Positions 1 through 10,436 of a stretch of 64,000 bases of DNA are shown here, in pieces. The DNA comes from Clostridia bacterium (GTDB taxonomy: Bacteria > Bacillota > Clostridia > Oscillospirales > CAG-382), in the NCBI GenBank assembly GCA_017560085.1, contig JAFYPA010000057.1:23821-87820 (forward strand). Reading direction: 5' to 3'. The notes below the pieces were generated by a model. The model saw only the letters and a list, made by a program, of their open reading frames with translations. It was not told the origin of the DNA and searched no databases. The stretch's first letter is position 1, and each line of letters starts with the position of its first letter. The position numbers and the translations under genes are program-made.

Positions 1-2
1 AT

Positions 3-569
3 TCCATCATCGGCGTAAATGATTTTGCTTCTGTCATCCTTATGAAAAAGCTTTCCGAGCACGGCAGAAAAATCCCGGTAATCACATACGGAGCGAGCGA
101 GCTTGCAAAGAAGTATTATCCCGAGGTTTTAACCGTTTCAATGGGATATGAAAATTACGGAAAAGCTGCAATGCGACTTTGCGATATGCTTAAATCAAGC
201 CCCGAAACGGATTTTGTGAAGGTCGGAGTCAAATGCGTATTTGATGACAGATTCAACGCCTTTATAACAAAGGACAAAGCCGAAGCCCTGATTTCGGAAA
301 ATCTCACAACCCACAGCGACACAAAATTCTACTCCGACAGCACCATAGTCGAAATGATGAACATAGAAAATATGCTTCTTTCCTGCGATGAAACAGACTA
401 TAAAATTCTGAATCTTCTTATGCAGAATGAGTCCTATGAGGATATTGCAGAAAAGCTGTTTTGCGCTCTTAATACTGTTAAATACCGTGTTAAGAAGATG
501 AAGGAAAACTGTAATTGCTCCTCAAAAAGTGAAATGCTTGCCATATTCGGAAGCTACTGTGAAATATAA
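3..569 (+). CDS. Transcriptional regulator with C-terminal LuxR/FixJ-type HTH and a LacI-core-like sugar-binding part; 5' end lies outside the window
   Basis: The frame is open from nt 3, with no stop upstream of the ATG at 42, so the gene starts before the window. The C-terminal ESYEDIAEKLFCALNTVKYRVKKMKE fits a LuxR-type HTH. The preceding SIIGVNDF..IPVITYG..VSMGYENYG resembles a periplasmic-binding-protein-like sensor core. Confidence 0.6.
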   Translation, partial: SIIGVNDFASVILMKKLSEHGRKIPVITYGASELAKKYYPEVLTVSMGYENYGKAAMRLCDMLKSSPETDFVKVGVKCVFDDRFNAFITKDKAEALISENLTTHSDTKFYSDSTIVEMMNIENMLLSCDETDYKILNLLMQNESYEDIAEKLFCALNTVKYRVKKMKENCNCSSKSEMLAIFGSYCEI

Positions 570-575
570 AAGAAA

Positions 576-611
576 GACAGCCTTGAGTTTATCCCTTGGC
601 TGTCATTTTTG
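576..611. terminator. Hairpin terminator shared by two convergent genes
   Basis: GACAGCC (576-582) pairs with GGCTGTC (598-604) and is followed by ATTTTTG. There is an A-rich run on the other side. Confidence 0.55.
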
Positions 612-2486
612 TTATTTTGTAAGATGTATAAATCCGAATTCGAAAGCACCGAGCTTGTCAATGTGAATTCTGTTGCCTTCAATTCTGCCGCTGAAGTTGA
701 TGAATTCGCAATTTTTGAATACATCATCAAGAACAATTTCTCTGTCAATAACGGAATCCTCAAAGCAATTCCACAGACCTACCGCGGTATTGCCGTTTTC
801 GTCCTGCTTGACCTGAATGTAAAGATCGGGACAATCATCAATTCTGACGGGGAAGTCAATGCCGAATTCCTTCATAACCTTGAATATCTGCTTGGGTCTC
901 TCGTAGTTTCTTATAATCTCCTCGCCGGAAAGCTGACCGTCAAAGGTGTATACAAGGAACTTGGCTCCGTCCGCATTTTCGTATGTGAATGAAGCAGGTA
1001 TTTCCTTTTTATCCCCAATAAGGAATCCGCTTCTTACCTTGGCATTTTCTTTAAGCTTTACCTCTGTTATAATGGGGAAGGCTCCCACATATTCGTCGTT
1101 ATCGTAAAAATGCTCAAGAGCTGTCGAAGCCTCATTGCCAAAGCTTTCGATGCCGACGTCAATTCCGTTTTCCGTAAGAATTCTTGCGGCGGGAAGGTCG
1201 ATAATCAACGGCTTTTCAAATATGGCTTTATCATCAAGGAATGAACGGATATTTTCACCGAAGGAAAGACCGCATAATCCCGAGCCCTCATATACCGTGG
1301 GCAAAGAGTTTTCCGATGTGATTCTGAAGGCTCTTGAGAACGGTAAGTCGGAAATTGTACCTCTGTTGTGCTTTCTGTGTGTGAAATCGAAATTCTCAAG
1401 CTTTTTCATGGATTCGTAGACTCTTATTCCGACGGAAGCCTTGTCACCGAAAATCCGGTCAATATCCTTGTAAAGACCCTTATTCGCATTGTGTCTTGTG
1501 ATATATTCTCTTTCATATGAGGTTGACGATCTGTAATCCACCATATATTTTAGAATACCGTCCATTTTACCGCTGACACGAAGTGCGGTATCAAATATTT
1601 CAACAAATGTGGACGGCACCTTGTATCTCGGTCTCGGATAACAGTCACCCTCGGAGAAAATTTCAATGTCGTTGCCCTTGTACCAGCTTCTTTCCGCTCT
1701 TTCGAATTCGATAACATCCGAAAGCCTGTGTGACCAGTTTCGCAATGCTCCCCAATAGGGTGCACCAATAAGCCGAAGGAAGGGCTTGGTGTTACCCGCA
1801 AGAATCTTTGCCATTCTGAATGCATCGGTACCGTCTGCATCGTAGTTTGATATGCAGGCACAGAAGCCGAGACGAACTTCGGGATTTACTCTGTCCACAG
1901 CCATTCGCATTTCCTTGCAGTAATTTTCGAAGGACTCACCGAGTGATTTTATAAACGCACTTCTGTATTTGTTGGGCTTCCCGCTGAACATTTTATCATA
2001 AAGACCCTCGATGTGTATTTCCTCCGAAAGCTTTTCAGACATCATTTTGAGATGATTTTCACAGTAGCATCCGACAGAGCCGTGAAGATTACCGTATCTC
2101 ATATCATCGTCAAACATAATGAGGTCCGGGGAAAGGGATGCAACCTCGGACATAAAGCTACCCATATAATCTCTGAATGCCTTATCGGAGGGGCAGGCGT
2201 GGAGGTCAACCTTGTGTCCGTCGGGGGATGTAACATGTGTAAAAGGATGGTTACCTTTTAGCATTGTCCCCCAGAGCCATACGCCGACTTCGAATCCGTT
2301 TTCCTTGAAGTAGGGGATATCTCTTTTCAAAATTTCTATATATGTCTTATTTGCTTTCGTGCCGAAATCAAGGCATCCTATTGCAAGAAAAACTCTTGTT
2401 GCTTCGGCTCTTTTAAGCTCGGAAAGAATATTTTCTCTGTTGTATGAGGGAGCGGTGACTACGGTCGGTATGTAAACATTGTACAT
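612..2486 (-). CDS. Uncharacterised 624-aa cytoplasmic protein, possibly a (beta/alpha)8-barrel glycoside-hydrolase-like enzyme
   Basis: Long ORF with an AAGGAG RBS upstream of the ATG at 2486. No signal peptide or TM segment. The N-terminal half has alternating strand/helix-like blocks (RVFLAIGCLDF, GFEVGVWLW, LIMFDDDMRYG, RLGFCACISNYD). I recognise no family by eye. The gene call is solid; the function is a guess. Confidence 0.4.
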   Translation of the reverse strand: MYNVYIPTVVTAPSYNRENILSELKRAEATRVFLAIGCLDFGTKANKTYIEILKRDIPYFKENGFEVGVWLWGTMLKGNHPFTHVTSPDGHKVDLHACPSDKAFRDYMGSFMSEVASLSPDLIMFDDDMRYGNLHGSVGCYCENHLKMMSEKLSEEIHIEGLYDKMFSGKPNKYRSAFIKSLGESFENYCKEMRMAVDRVNPEVRLGFCACISNYDADGTDAFRMAKILAGNTKPFLRLIGAPYWGALRNWSHRLSDVIEFERAERSWYKGNDIEIFSEGDCYPRPRYKVPSTFVEIFDTALRVSGKMDGILKYMVDYRSSTSYEREYITRHNANKGLYKDIDRIFGDKASVGIRVYESMKKLENFDFTHRKHNRGTISDLPFSRAFRITSENSLPTVYEGSGLCGLSFGENIRSFLDDKAIFEKPLIIDLPAARILTENGIDVGIESFGNEASTALEHFYDNDEYVGAFPIITEVKLKENAKVRSGFLIGDKKEIPASFTYENADGAKFLVYTFDGQLSGEEIIRNYERPKQIFKVMKEFGIDFPVRIDDCPDLYIQVKQDENGNTAVGLWNCFEDSVIDREIVLDDVFKNCEFINFSGRIEGNRIHIDKLGAFEFGFIHLTK

Positions 2487-2617
2487 TATATAATTCTCCT
2501 TATTATTTCATTATTTTAATAATACAGAATGCTTGCAGAATTGTCAAGATAAATTTGTCCCTAATTTTTGCACAAATGTAAATTCAACAAAATTCGCCTT
2601 ATATATTTGCGTATGTC

Positions 2618-2646
2618 TTGAAATTTCCGTTTTGTTATGTTATAAT
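2618..2646 (+). promoter_or_regulatory. Sigma-A-type promoter for the ABC exporter/uvrA unit
   Basis: TTGAAA (2618-2623), exact 17-nt spacer, TATAAT (2641-2646). Confidence 0.65.
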
Positions 2647-2672
2647 AAAATGATATTTTATGCGAAAGAAGG

Positions 2673-4409
2673 GTGAAGATGAAAAACAGACATATTTTAA
2701 AGAGATTTCTCCCATACTATGCAAAGTACAGAAAAATAATGATATTTGACCTTATCTGCGCAAGTGTAACCACAATCTGTGAGCTTTTGCTTCCCATGAT
2801 TGCAAGACATATCACGGGGACTGCAACAGATTCGCCCGTTGATCTTACCGTAAGACTCATTCTTTCCGTAGGTATCGGATATATGGCACTCCGTATTATA
2901 GATACCCTCGCAAACTTCTATATGGCATACCAGGGACATGTTATGGGCACCCGTATGGAAACAGATATGAGAAGCGATTTGTTCCGTCATCTCGAAAAGC
3001 TGTCCTTCTCCTATTATCAGAATACGAAAATCGGCTCGCTAATGTCAAGAATTACAAGTGATCTTTTTGATGTTACCGAATTTTCGCATCATTGTCCCGA
3101 GGAAATATTCATTGTCGGAATTAAGATTATAGTTTCATTTATCATTCTTCTGTTTATCAATATTCCGCTTACTCTGATTGTTTTTGCAATATTGCCGATT
3201 ATGATTGTGTGCAGTCTCCATTTCAGACGCCCCATGCGTAAATGCTTCAAGGAAAGAAGAACTCAGATAGGTGAGATAAACGCCTGTGTTGAGGATTCAC
3301 TCCTCGGAATCAGAGTTGTAAAATCCTTTGCCAATGAGGATATTGAAATTGAGAAGTTTGAAAAGGATAATCAGAGACTTGTAGAGCTTAAGGACGAGTC
3401 ATATAAGTACATGGCACTATTCCAGTGTACAACAAGATTTTTTGACGGTTTACTTTATATCGTGGTTGTCGTTATCGGCGGCCTCTTTATGAGAAACGGT
3501 GCTATTCAGCCTCAGGACTTTGTTGCATATATTCTTTATGTTACAACTCTTCTTACATCCGTAAAGGTAATAATCAACTTTATGGAGCAGTTTGAAAACG
3601 GTCTTACGGGTATTGAGCGTTTCGTTGAGGTTATGGACACAGAGCCGGATATCGTTGACAAGGAAAACGCAATCGATCCCGGTAAGCTCAAGGGCAACAT
3701 AAAATTCGATAATGTTACCTTCAGATACTCCGAGGAAAATGAATATGTTCTTCAGGATATAAACATAGACATAAAGGAAGGTCAGAGCGTTGCACTCGTA
3801 GGTCCCTCGGGTGGCGGTAAGACTACAATCTGTAATCTTATTCCGAGATTCTATGAGGTTGAAAACGGAGTTGTGTCCGTTGACGGAATAAACGTAAACG
3901 ATATGCAGATGAAAAAGCTCCGTGAGAATATCGGTATCGTTCAGCAGGATGTTTACCTTTTCTCGGGAACTGTAATAGATAACATTCTTTACGGCAAGCC
4001 CGGTGCATCAAGAGAAGATGCCGAGGAAGCCGCGAAAATGGCGGGCGCACATGACTTTATTATGTCGCTTCCCAACGGCTACGACACATATGTTGGTGAA
4101 CGCGGTGTCAAGCTTTCGGGAGGTCAGAAGCAGAGAATCAGTATTGCAAGAGTTTTCCTCAAGAATCCTCCCATACTTATTCTTGACGAAGCAACAAGTG
4201 CTCTTGACAACGAAAGCGAAAGAATTGTTCAGGATTCTCTTGCGAAGCTTTCCAAGGGAAGAACCGTGCTCACAATTGCTCACAGACTTACAACCATAAA
4301 GAACTCCGATGTGATTCTCGTCCTTACCGAAAAGGGCATAGAGGAAAGAGGCAATCACGAGGAGCTCATTGAAAAGAAGGGCTTGTATTACAGCCTTTAC
4401 AATGCTTGA
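2673..4409 (+). CDS. ABC transporter, fused permease/ATP-binding protein (MsbA/multidrug-exporter type)
   Basis: N-terminal 6-TM-like domain. Walker [10 protein letters not shown], signature LSGGQKQR, Walker [14 protein letters not shown]-loop TIAHRL. GTG start at 2673, or ATG at 2679. Confidence 0.9.
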   Translation: MKMKNRHILKRFLPYYAKYRKIMIFDLICASVTTICELLLPMIARHITGTATDSPVDLTVRLILSVGIGYMALRIIDTLANFYMAYQGHVMGTRMETDMRSDLFRHLEKLSFSYYQNTKIGSLMSRITSDLFDVTEFSHHCPEEIFIVGIKIIVSFIILLFINIPLTLIVFAILPIMIVCSLHFRRPMRKCFKERRTQIGEINACVEDSLLGIRVVKSFANEDIEIEKFEKDNQRLVELKDESYKYMALFQCTTRFFDGLLYIVVVVIGGLFMRNGAIQPQDFVAYILYVTTLLTSVKVIINFMEQFENGLTGIERFVEVMDTEPDIVDKENAIDPGKLKGNIKFDNVTFRYSEENEYVLQDINIDIKEGQSVALVGPSGGGKTTICNLIPRFYEVENGVVSVDGINVNDMQMKKLRENIGIVQQDVYLFSGTVIDNILYGKPGASREDAEEAAKMAGAHDFIMSLPNGYDTYVGERGVKLSGGQKQRISIARVFLKNPPILILDEATSALDNESERIVQDSLAKLSKGRTVLTIAHRLTTIKNSDVILVLTEKGIEERGNHEELIEKKGLYYSLYNA

Positions 4410-4423
4410 TTACAGAGGTACAA

Positions 4424-7261
4424 ATGGCATCAAAAGATTTGATTATAAAGGGTGCAAGAGTTCATAACCTTAAGAATGTGGATGTAACCATTCCGAGAGA
4501 TAAGCTTGTTGTATTTACGGGTCTTTCGGGCTCGGGAAAATCCTCTCTTGCATTTGATACTATATATGCAGAGGGACACAGAAGATTCGTAGAATCACTC
4601 TCGTCCTATGCGAGAATGTTTCTCGGACAGCTTGATAAGCCGGATGTCGATATGATAGAAGGTCTTTCACCCGCAATTTCCATAAATCAGAAGACAACAT
4701 CGGGAAATCCCCGTTCAACTGTCGGAACGGTTACGGAAATATACGACTACCTCCGACTTCTTTATGCGAGAATCGGTATTCCTCATTGTCCCGTCTGCGG
4801 TAAGGTTATTACACCTCAGACAATCGACCAGATAATAGACCAGATTCTTACACTTCCCAATGGTACAAAGTTTATGATTCTTTCTCCCGTTGTAAACGGC
4901 AAGAAGGGTCTTCATGAAAAGGTGTTTGCCGATGCTCAGAAGAACGGCTTTACAAGAGTCCGTGTTGACGGTGATGTTCTTACCCTTGGCGAAGAAATAG
5001 CACTTGACAAAAACAAAAAGCACAATATAGACATTATCGTAGACCGACTTGTAATGAAGGACGGCATCACAACAAGACTTACCGATTCTGTTGAATATGC
5101 CGCAAAAATGTCCGAGGGTCATATCACAATAGCACTTGTCGATGCACCCGAGGATTTACCCAAGGAAAGAAAATTCTCAATGAATTATGCCTGCGACGAG
5201 CACGGTATAAGCCTCGGCGAGCTTGCACCGAGAATGTTCTCCTTCAACAGTCCCTTCGGAGCTTGTCCCGAATGTGACGGACTTGGTGAAACTAAGGTGT
5301 TGTCACCTGAAAAGCTTTTCCCCGATATGTCCCTTTCTCTAAGCAAGGGAGCCTGTGTCTGCAACGGCTTTAAAACAATCAACGACTCAAACTGGAGCGG
5401 AAATAAAATCAACGTATTCCTTGAGCCTTACGGTTGTACCATTGACACACCCTTGTGTGAGATGTCTGAAAATGCAAGAAATATGCTTTTCTACGGTAAT
5501 CCCGACAAAAAGAAATTCGGTGTAACATTTGACGGCTATGTTTACAATGCTGGCTTCACGGGAATCATCAACGAAATTGACCGCAGATATAAAATGTGCA
5601 TCAATTCACCCGATCAGCGTGAGTATTACGAAAGCTTTATGGAAATTATCCCCTGCGAGCATTGTAACGGCAAGAGATTAAAGGTTGAGGCACTTTCCGT
5701 AACTGTTGGCGGTAAGAATATCGCTGAGGTTTGTGATTTGCCCGTTACGGCTTCGCTTGAGTTCTTTGAAAATCTTGAGCTTACCGAAAAGGAAAATGCT
5801 ATTGCAAAGGAAATTCTCAAGGAAATCAAGGTGCGTCTCGGATTCCTTAATAACGTAGGTCTTGAATATCTTACGCTTTCAAGAAAAGCAGGTACTCTCT
5901 CGGGTGGTGAAAGCCAGAGAATAAGACTTGCAACACAGATAGGCTCTTCTCTTATGGGTGTGCTTTACATCCTTGACGAGCCGAGTATTGGACTTCATCA
6001 GAGGGATAACCACAAGCTTATCGAAACACTCAAAAAGCTCCGTGACCTCGGCAATACACTTATTGTAGTCGAGCACGACGAGGAAACAATGCGTGAAGCC
6101 GATTATATAGTTGATATCGGTCCCGGTGCGGGTGTGAACGGCGGTAATGTTGTGTTCCAGGGTACACTTGATAAGATTATGAAATGCAAGGGCTCGATTA
6201 CGGGTGATTACCTCTCGGGCAGAAGAAAAATCGAGGTTCCCGCTGTCAGAAGAGAAGGAAACGGCAAGAGCATAAAGGTTATCGGTGCATACGAAAACAA
6301 CCTTAAAAACGTAGATGTGGAATTTCCTCTCGGAAAGCTTGTTTGCGTTACGGGCGTTTCAGGATCGGGTAAAAGCTCCCTTGTTAACGGTGTCCTTCTT
6401 TCTGTTCTTTCAAAGAAGCTTAACCGCGCAAATACTGTTTCGGGGAAGCATAAGGACATTCTCGGAATAGAAAATCTTGATAAGGTAATATCAATCGACC
6501 AGTCACCGATTGGCAGAACTCCGAGATCGAATCCTGCAACTTATACGGGGCTGTTTACCGACATCAGAGCCTTGTTTGCATCAACAAACGATGCCAAAAT
6601 CAGAGGCTTCAAGCAGGACAGATTCTCCTTTAATCTCAAGGGCGGCCGCTGTGAAGCCTGCGAGGGCGACGGCTCTATAAAGATAGAAATGAACTTCCTT
6701 CCCGATGTATATGTTACCTGTGATGTATGTAAGGGCAAGAGATATAACAGAGAAACTCTTGAGGTAAAATACAAGGGTAAAAACATTTTCGATGTTCTTG
6801 ATATGACAGTCGACGAGGGGCTGAAATTCTTTGAGAATCTTCCTTCTTTAAAGCGCAAGCTTGCAACACTTTCCGAGGTTGGTCTCGGATATATCAAAAT
6901 CGGTCAGTCCTCCACAACTCTTTCGGGCGGTGAAGCACAGCGTGTTAAGCTCGCAACAGAGCTTGCAAAGAGGAGCACGGGCAAAACGGTTTACATTCTT
7001 GATGAGCCTACAACGGGACTTCATTCTGAGGACGTAAAGATGCTTTCCGAGGTGCTTCAGAAGCTTGTCGATGCGGGTAATACCGTAATTGTCATAGAGC
7101 ACAACCTTGACCTTATCAAAACCGCAGACCATATAATTGATATGGGTCCCGAGGGCGGAGATAAGGGCGGTACGGTTGTTGCATGCGGTACTCCCGAGGA
7201 GGTTGCCATGTGTGAGGAATCTTACACGGGTCAGTATCTTAAGAAAATACTTGAATTATAA
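4424..7261 (+). CDS. uvrA: Excinuclease ABC subunit A
   Basis: Duplicated ABC ATPase ([12 protein letters not shown] and [10 protein letters not shown]), zinc-finger cysteines ([25 protein letters not shown]), signature [19 protein letters not shown] at 4424 follows an AGAGG RBS. The ORF-track TTG at 4406 overlaps the upstream stop. Confidence 0.97.
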   Translation: MASKDLIIKGARVHNLKNVDVTIPRDKLVVFTGLSGSGKSSLAFDTIYAEGHRRFVESLSSYARMFLGQLDKPDVDMIEGLSPAISINQKTTSGNPRSTVGTVTEIYDYLRLLYARIGIPHCPVCGKVITPQTIDQIIDQILTLPNGTKFMILSPVVNGKKGLHEKVFADAQKNGFTRVRVDGDVLTLGEEIALDKNKKHNIDIIVDRLVMKDGITTRLTDSVEYAAKMSEGHITIALVDAPEDLPKERKFSMNYACDEHGISLGELAPRMFSFNSPFGACPECDGLGETKVLSPEKLFPDMSLSLSKGACVCNGFKTINDSNWSGNKINVFLEPYGCTIDTPLCEMSENARNMLFYGNPDKKKFGVTFDGYVYNAGFTGIINEIDRRYKMCINSPDQREYYESFMEIIPCEHCNGKRLKVEALSVTVGGKNIAEVCDLPVTASLEFFENLELTEKENAIAKEILKEIKVRLGFLNNVGLEYLTLSRKAGTLSGGESQRIRLATQIGSSLMGVLYILDEPSIGLHQRDNHKLIETLKKLRDLGNTLIVVEHDEETMREADYIVDIGPGAGVNGGNVVFQGTLDKIMKCKGSITGDYLSGRRKIEVPAVRREGNGKSIKVIGAYENNLKNVDVEFPLGKLVCVTGVSGSGKSSLVNGVLLSVLSKKLNRANTVSGKHKDILGIENLDKVISIDQSPIGRTPRSNPATYTGLFTDIRALFASTNDAKIRGFKQDRFSFNLKGGRCEACEGDGSIKIEMNFLPDVYVTCDVCKGKRYNRETLEVKYKGKNIFDVLDMTVDEGLKFFENLPSLKRKLATLSEVGLGYIKIGQSSTTLSGGEAQRVKLATELAKRSTGKTVYILDEPTTGLHSEDVKMLSEVLQKLVDAGNTVIVIEHNLDLIKTADHIIDMGPEGGDKGGTVVACGTPEEVAMCEESYTGQYLKKILEL

Positions 7262-7303
7262 ATACGGCTTTTACCTTTAACGGTAAATAGAAAGGATAAA
7301 ATT

Positions 7304-9229
7304 TTGATTGCACTCAGCTTATCCGATGTAACGGTTGCCTTCGGCACTGATGTAATACTTGACAAGGTCTCCTTCAGCATAAATGAAGGAACAAGACTGG
7401 GCGTTGTAGGTGTTAACGGTGCGGGCAAATCGCTGCTTCTGAAAACAATATGCGGAATAAACAGAGCCGAGGACGGTAATATATTCTTCGGCAAAGATAA
7501 AAGAGTAAGCTACCTTGAACAGAATGCGGGCTTTGAATCGGAGAAAATTCTCTTCGACGAAATGCTCGGAGCCTTCGATAAGCTCTGCGAATGGGAGGAA
7601 CGCCTTTCCTTCCTTCAGAAGAAGATGAACGATAACTGCCCCGAAGACGAGCATATGATGTATGTTAAGGAATATACTATGCTTGAGGAAAGCTTCCGTA
7701 AAAACGGCGGCTACGAATACAAGAGCAGAATCAAAAGTATGCTCACATCTCTCGGCTTCCCGCCGGAAAAGCAGATGCTTCCCATCAGCGCACTTTCGGG
7801 CGGACAGAAAACAAGAGTTGCCCTCGCAAGAACACTTCTCGGTGAGCCGGATATCCTTATGCTCGACGAGCCTACAAACCATCTTGATATCGAAAGCTGT
7901 AAATGGCTCGAAGGCTATCTTGCATCATACAAGAAAACTCTTATCGTTATCTCCCACGACAGATACTTCCTTGATAAGGTAACAACACATACTCTTGAGG
8001 TTGAAAATCAGGATGTAAAGCTTTATAATTGCTCATATACAGGCTTTGTAAAGCGCAAGGAAGAGGACAGAAAGAACGACGAAAAGCATTATCTGAATCA
8101 GAAAAAGGAAATAGAGCGCCTTGAGGCATTTATCGAAAATCAGCGCCGCTGGAACAGAGAACGAAATATCATCGCCGCCGAAAGCCGAATGAAGGCAATC
8201 GACAGAATGGAGAAAATAGACAAACCGAAGAATCTGCCCGACAGAGTTTCCTTCAACTTCTCATCGGGAAAAAGTCTGCTTATGTCAGAGCGAATGCTTG
8301 ATGTTAAGGGGCTTTCCAAGGCATTCCCCGGTAAGGTGCTTTTTGAAAATCTTTCCTTCCTTCTTCACGGACAGGACAGAATGTTCTTTGTAGGGCCCAA
8401 CGGTGTGGGAAAATCCACGTTACTTAAAATTCTCAGCGGAAGAATGGCTCCCGATAAGGGAAGCTTTGAATATGTAAAGGGCATCAAAATCGGATACTAC
8501 GACCAGGAGCATCAGGGACTCAATCCCAATAATACGGTTCTCGACGAGCTCTGGAATAACTACCCCGATAAGAAGCAGGGCGAAATCAGAGGAGTTCTTG
8601 CAAGATTTCTCTTTAAGGCTGAGGATGTATTCAAAAAGGTCGAGGTTCTTTCCGGCGGTGAAAAGGCAAGGCTTACCTTTGCAAAGCTTATGCTTGAGGA
8701 CTTGAATCTTCTCATTCTTGACGAGCCCACAAACCACCTTGATGCTTCGTCAAGAGAGGTTCTTGAGGATGCTATACTCAATTATGACGGTACTGTTATG
8801 GCGGTATCTCACGACAGATATTTCCTTTCAAAGCTTGCAACAAGAATTCTTGATATGCGTCCCGACGGTCATACCGATTACAAGGGTACTTACGAGGATT
8901 ACGAGGACTACAAGCGCAGAATGGGACTCGGAGAATCTGTTGATACAGCCGACACAGGTGCAAGTGTTCAGTCCGGCTCAAAGGAAGACTACCTTAAGAA
9001 TAAGGAAGAAAAGAGCAGACGCAGAAAATTCGAAAAGAAGCTCGCCGACAGTGAAAAACGCATTTCCGAAATAGAAAAGAGACAGCAGGAAATAGAAAAG
9101 GAAATGCAGGAATTCGCAACCGACTATCTAAAAACCGCGGCTCTTTACGAGGAAAGCACCAAATTAAACGAGGAGCTTGAAAAGGTATACGAGGCATGGG
9201 AAGAGGCAAATACCGAGCTCGGTAACTGA
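7304..9229 (+). CDS. ABC-F family ATPase (Uup/YdiF-like) with C-terminal coiled-coil
   Basis: Two ABC cassettes without TM domains (GVNGAGKS, GPNGVGKST; LSGGQKTR, LSGGEKAR; LMLDEPTNHLD, LILDEPTNHLD). Lys/Glu-rich C-terminal tail. TTG start after an AAAGGA RBS. Confidence 0.9.
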   Translation: MIALSLSDVTVAFGTDVILDKVSFSINEGTRLGVVGVNGAGKSLLLKTICGINRAEDGNIFFGKDKRVSYLEQNAGFESEKILFDEMLGAFDKLCEWEERLSFLQKKMNDNCPEDEHMMYVKEYTMLEESFRKNGGYEYKSRIKSMLTSLGFPPEKQMLPISALSGGQKTRVALARTLLGEPDILMLDEPTNHLDIESCKWLEGYLASYKKTLIVISHDRYFLDKVTTHTLEVENQDVKLYNCSYTGFVKRKEEDRKNDEKHYLNQKKEIERLEAFIENQRRWNRERNIIAAESRMKAIDRMEKIDKPKNLPDRVSFNFSSGKSLLMSERMLDVKGLSKAFPGKVLFENLSFLLHGQDRMFFVGPNGVGKSTLLKILSGRMAPDKGSFEYVKGIKIGYYDQEHQGLNPNNTVLDELWNNYPDKKQGEIRGVLARFLFKAEDVFKKVEVLSGGEKARLTFAKLMLEDLNLLILDEPTNHLDASSREVLEDAILNYDGTVMAVSHDRYFLSKLATRILDMRPDGHTDYKGTYEDYEDYKRRMGLGESVDTADTGASVQSGSKEDYLKNKEEKSRRRKFEKKLADSEKRISEIEKRQQEIEKEMQEFATDYLKTAALYEESTKLNEELEKVYEAWEEANTELGN

Positions 9230-9237
9230 ATAAAAGA

Positions 9238-9276
9238 AAGAGACAGGCTACAAACGTAACTTGTCTCTTGTTTTTT
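9238..9276. terminator. Bidirectional hairpin terminator between the ABC-F gene and the convergent AraC gene
   Basis: AAGAGACA (9238-9245) pairs with TGTCTCTT (9262-9269), followed by GTTTTTT. The reverse strand also ends in a T-rich run. Confidence 0.7.
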
Positions 9277-10063
9277 ACGGCTGATATTCCGAAGGGGGAA
9301 TACCCGTATGCTTTTTGAAGAATCTGCTGAAATAATAAATGGATTCAAAGCCGAGTATCTCGGAAACCTCACCTATAGAGCACTCATTATCGGAAAGCAG
9401 AGCCTTCGCCCGCTCAAGCCGAAGATTGTTCTGATACTGCAACGGTGTAAGCCCTGTCTGATTTTTAAACGCACGGAAAAATTGCGACTGACTTAAATAG
9501 CATAGATTTGACAGATAGGGGATATCTATTGTTTCCGTGTAATTACTGTGTATATATTCTATAGCGGGTGAAATTTTTGTTTTCGGCTTGTCGGTGTAAA
9601 ATTTTATAATAATATCAAACAGCTCGCAAAGATAAGATGTGCTTTTAAATATTCCGCTTTTGGTCATTGTTGTGGAAATCATGCTGTTGCATATATCAAA
9701 TATATTTTTTGAAACGGAGTGAGATATCAAAAGGGGATTGGTATCAAAAATAATCTGCTCTCCGTCGGCGGTGTCGGTTAAGGTGAAATTTATGTTATAG
9801 TATGAAAAGGGTCTTTCCGTTACGGTTATAACCTTGTTGGATTCCTTTGCAAGATATATAAGTCCCCCGTGGGACAAATCCGTATTTCCACCGACCCAGT
9901 CATAATGACAGTGCCCTTTGTCAACAAGTAAAAAGCCGTTTACCGTTCTTCCGCTTCCCGATAGACTTCCCATTGTATTCCATTGTGGACTTCTGTATGT
10001 CACGGAAATATCCGAAAAGGCAAAATCGATTTCCTGAAGTTTGCTCAGCGGTACAATCTTCAT
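9275..10063 (-). CDS. AraC family transcriptional regulator (cupin-like sensor plus AraC HTH)
   Basis: The C-terminal LSQSQFFRAFKNQTGLTPLQYQNNLRLERAKALL...VSEILGFESIYYFSRFFKKHTGIPPSEY is a typical double-HTH AraC domain. AAGGAG RBS. Confidence 0.9.
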   Translation of the reverse strand: MKIVPLSKLQEIDFAFSDISVTYRSPQWNTMGSLSGSGRTVNGFLLVDKGHCHYDWVGGNTDLSHGGLIYLAKESNKVITVTERPFSYYNINFTLTDTADGEQIIFDTNPLLISHSVSKNIFDICNSMISTTMTKSGIFKSTSYLCELFDIIIKFYTDKPKTKISPAIEYIHSNYTETIDIPYLSNLCYLSQSQFFRAFKNQTGLTPLQYQNNLRLERAKALLSDNECSIGEVSEILGFESIYYFSRFFKKHTGIPPSEYQP

Positions 10064-10226
10064 CAGAGTAACTCCTTTTTGATATTATTGTGTATTATTA
10101 TAATAGTAAAAAGGCTGTTTGTCAAGTGAAAATAAGAGTATTGTGCAAACTAATGACAGTGAAGTGCATTTACGGATTGAATTTTTTGGAGTATAATAGC
10201 CTCAGAGCAATCGAAAGGAGATTTAT

Positions 10227-10421
10227 ATGAAAACAGTATATAAAGTTGAGGGCGGCTGTGTATTGTGCCTTATGTGCGTTTATCAGTGCCCCGTAAAGGC
10301 TATCAGCATTATAGAGGACGTATCCACCGTGATTGATCAGGATAAGTGCATCGGATGCGGAAAGTGCTATAACGGATGTCAGCCCGAGGCAATTATAAAA
10401 ATAGAAGTTGAGGATAAATAA
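10227..10421 (+). CDS. 2x[4Fe-4S] ferredoxin (64 aa)
   Basis: Two CxxCxxCxxxC(P) motifs: CVLCLMCVYQCP and CIGCGKCYNGCQP. AAGGAG RBS. Confidence 0.9.
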   Translation: MKTVYKVEGGCVLCLMCVYQCPVKAISIIEDVSTVIDQDKCIGCGKCYNGCQPEAIIKIEVEDK

Positions 10422-10436
10422 AGAAAGGAAATTATT

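Noticed and set aside
10123-10163. A direct repeat, AGTGAA...AGTGAA (33 bp apart), in the AraC/ferredoxin intergenic region, considered as an AraC half-site pair.
   Set aside because: A 6-mer repeated once in AT-rich DNA is expected by chance. The spacing does not match the usual 21-bp AraC arrangement, and I cannot assess conservation.
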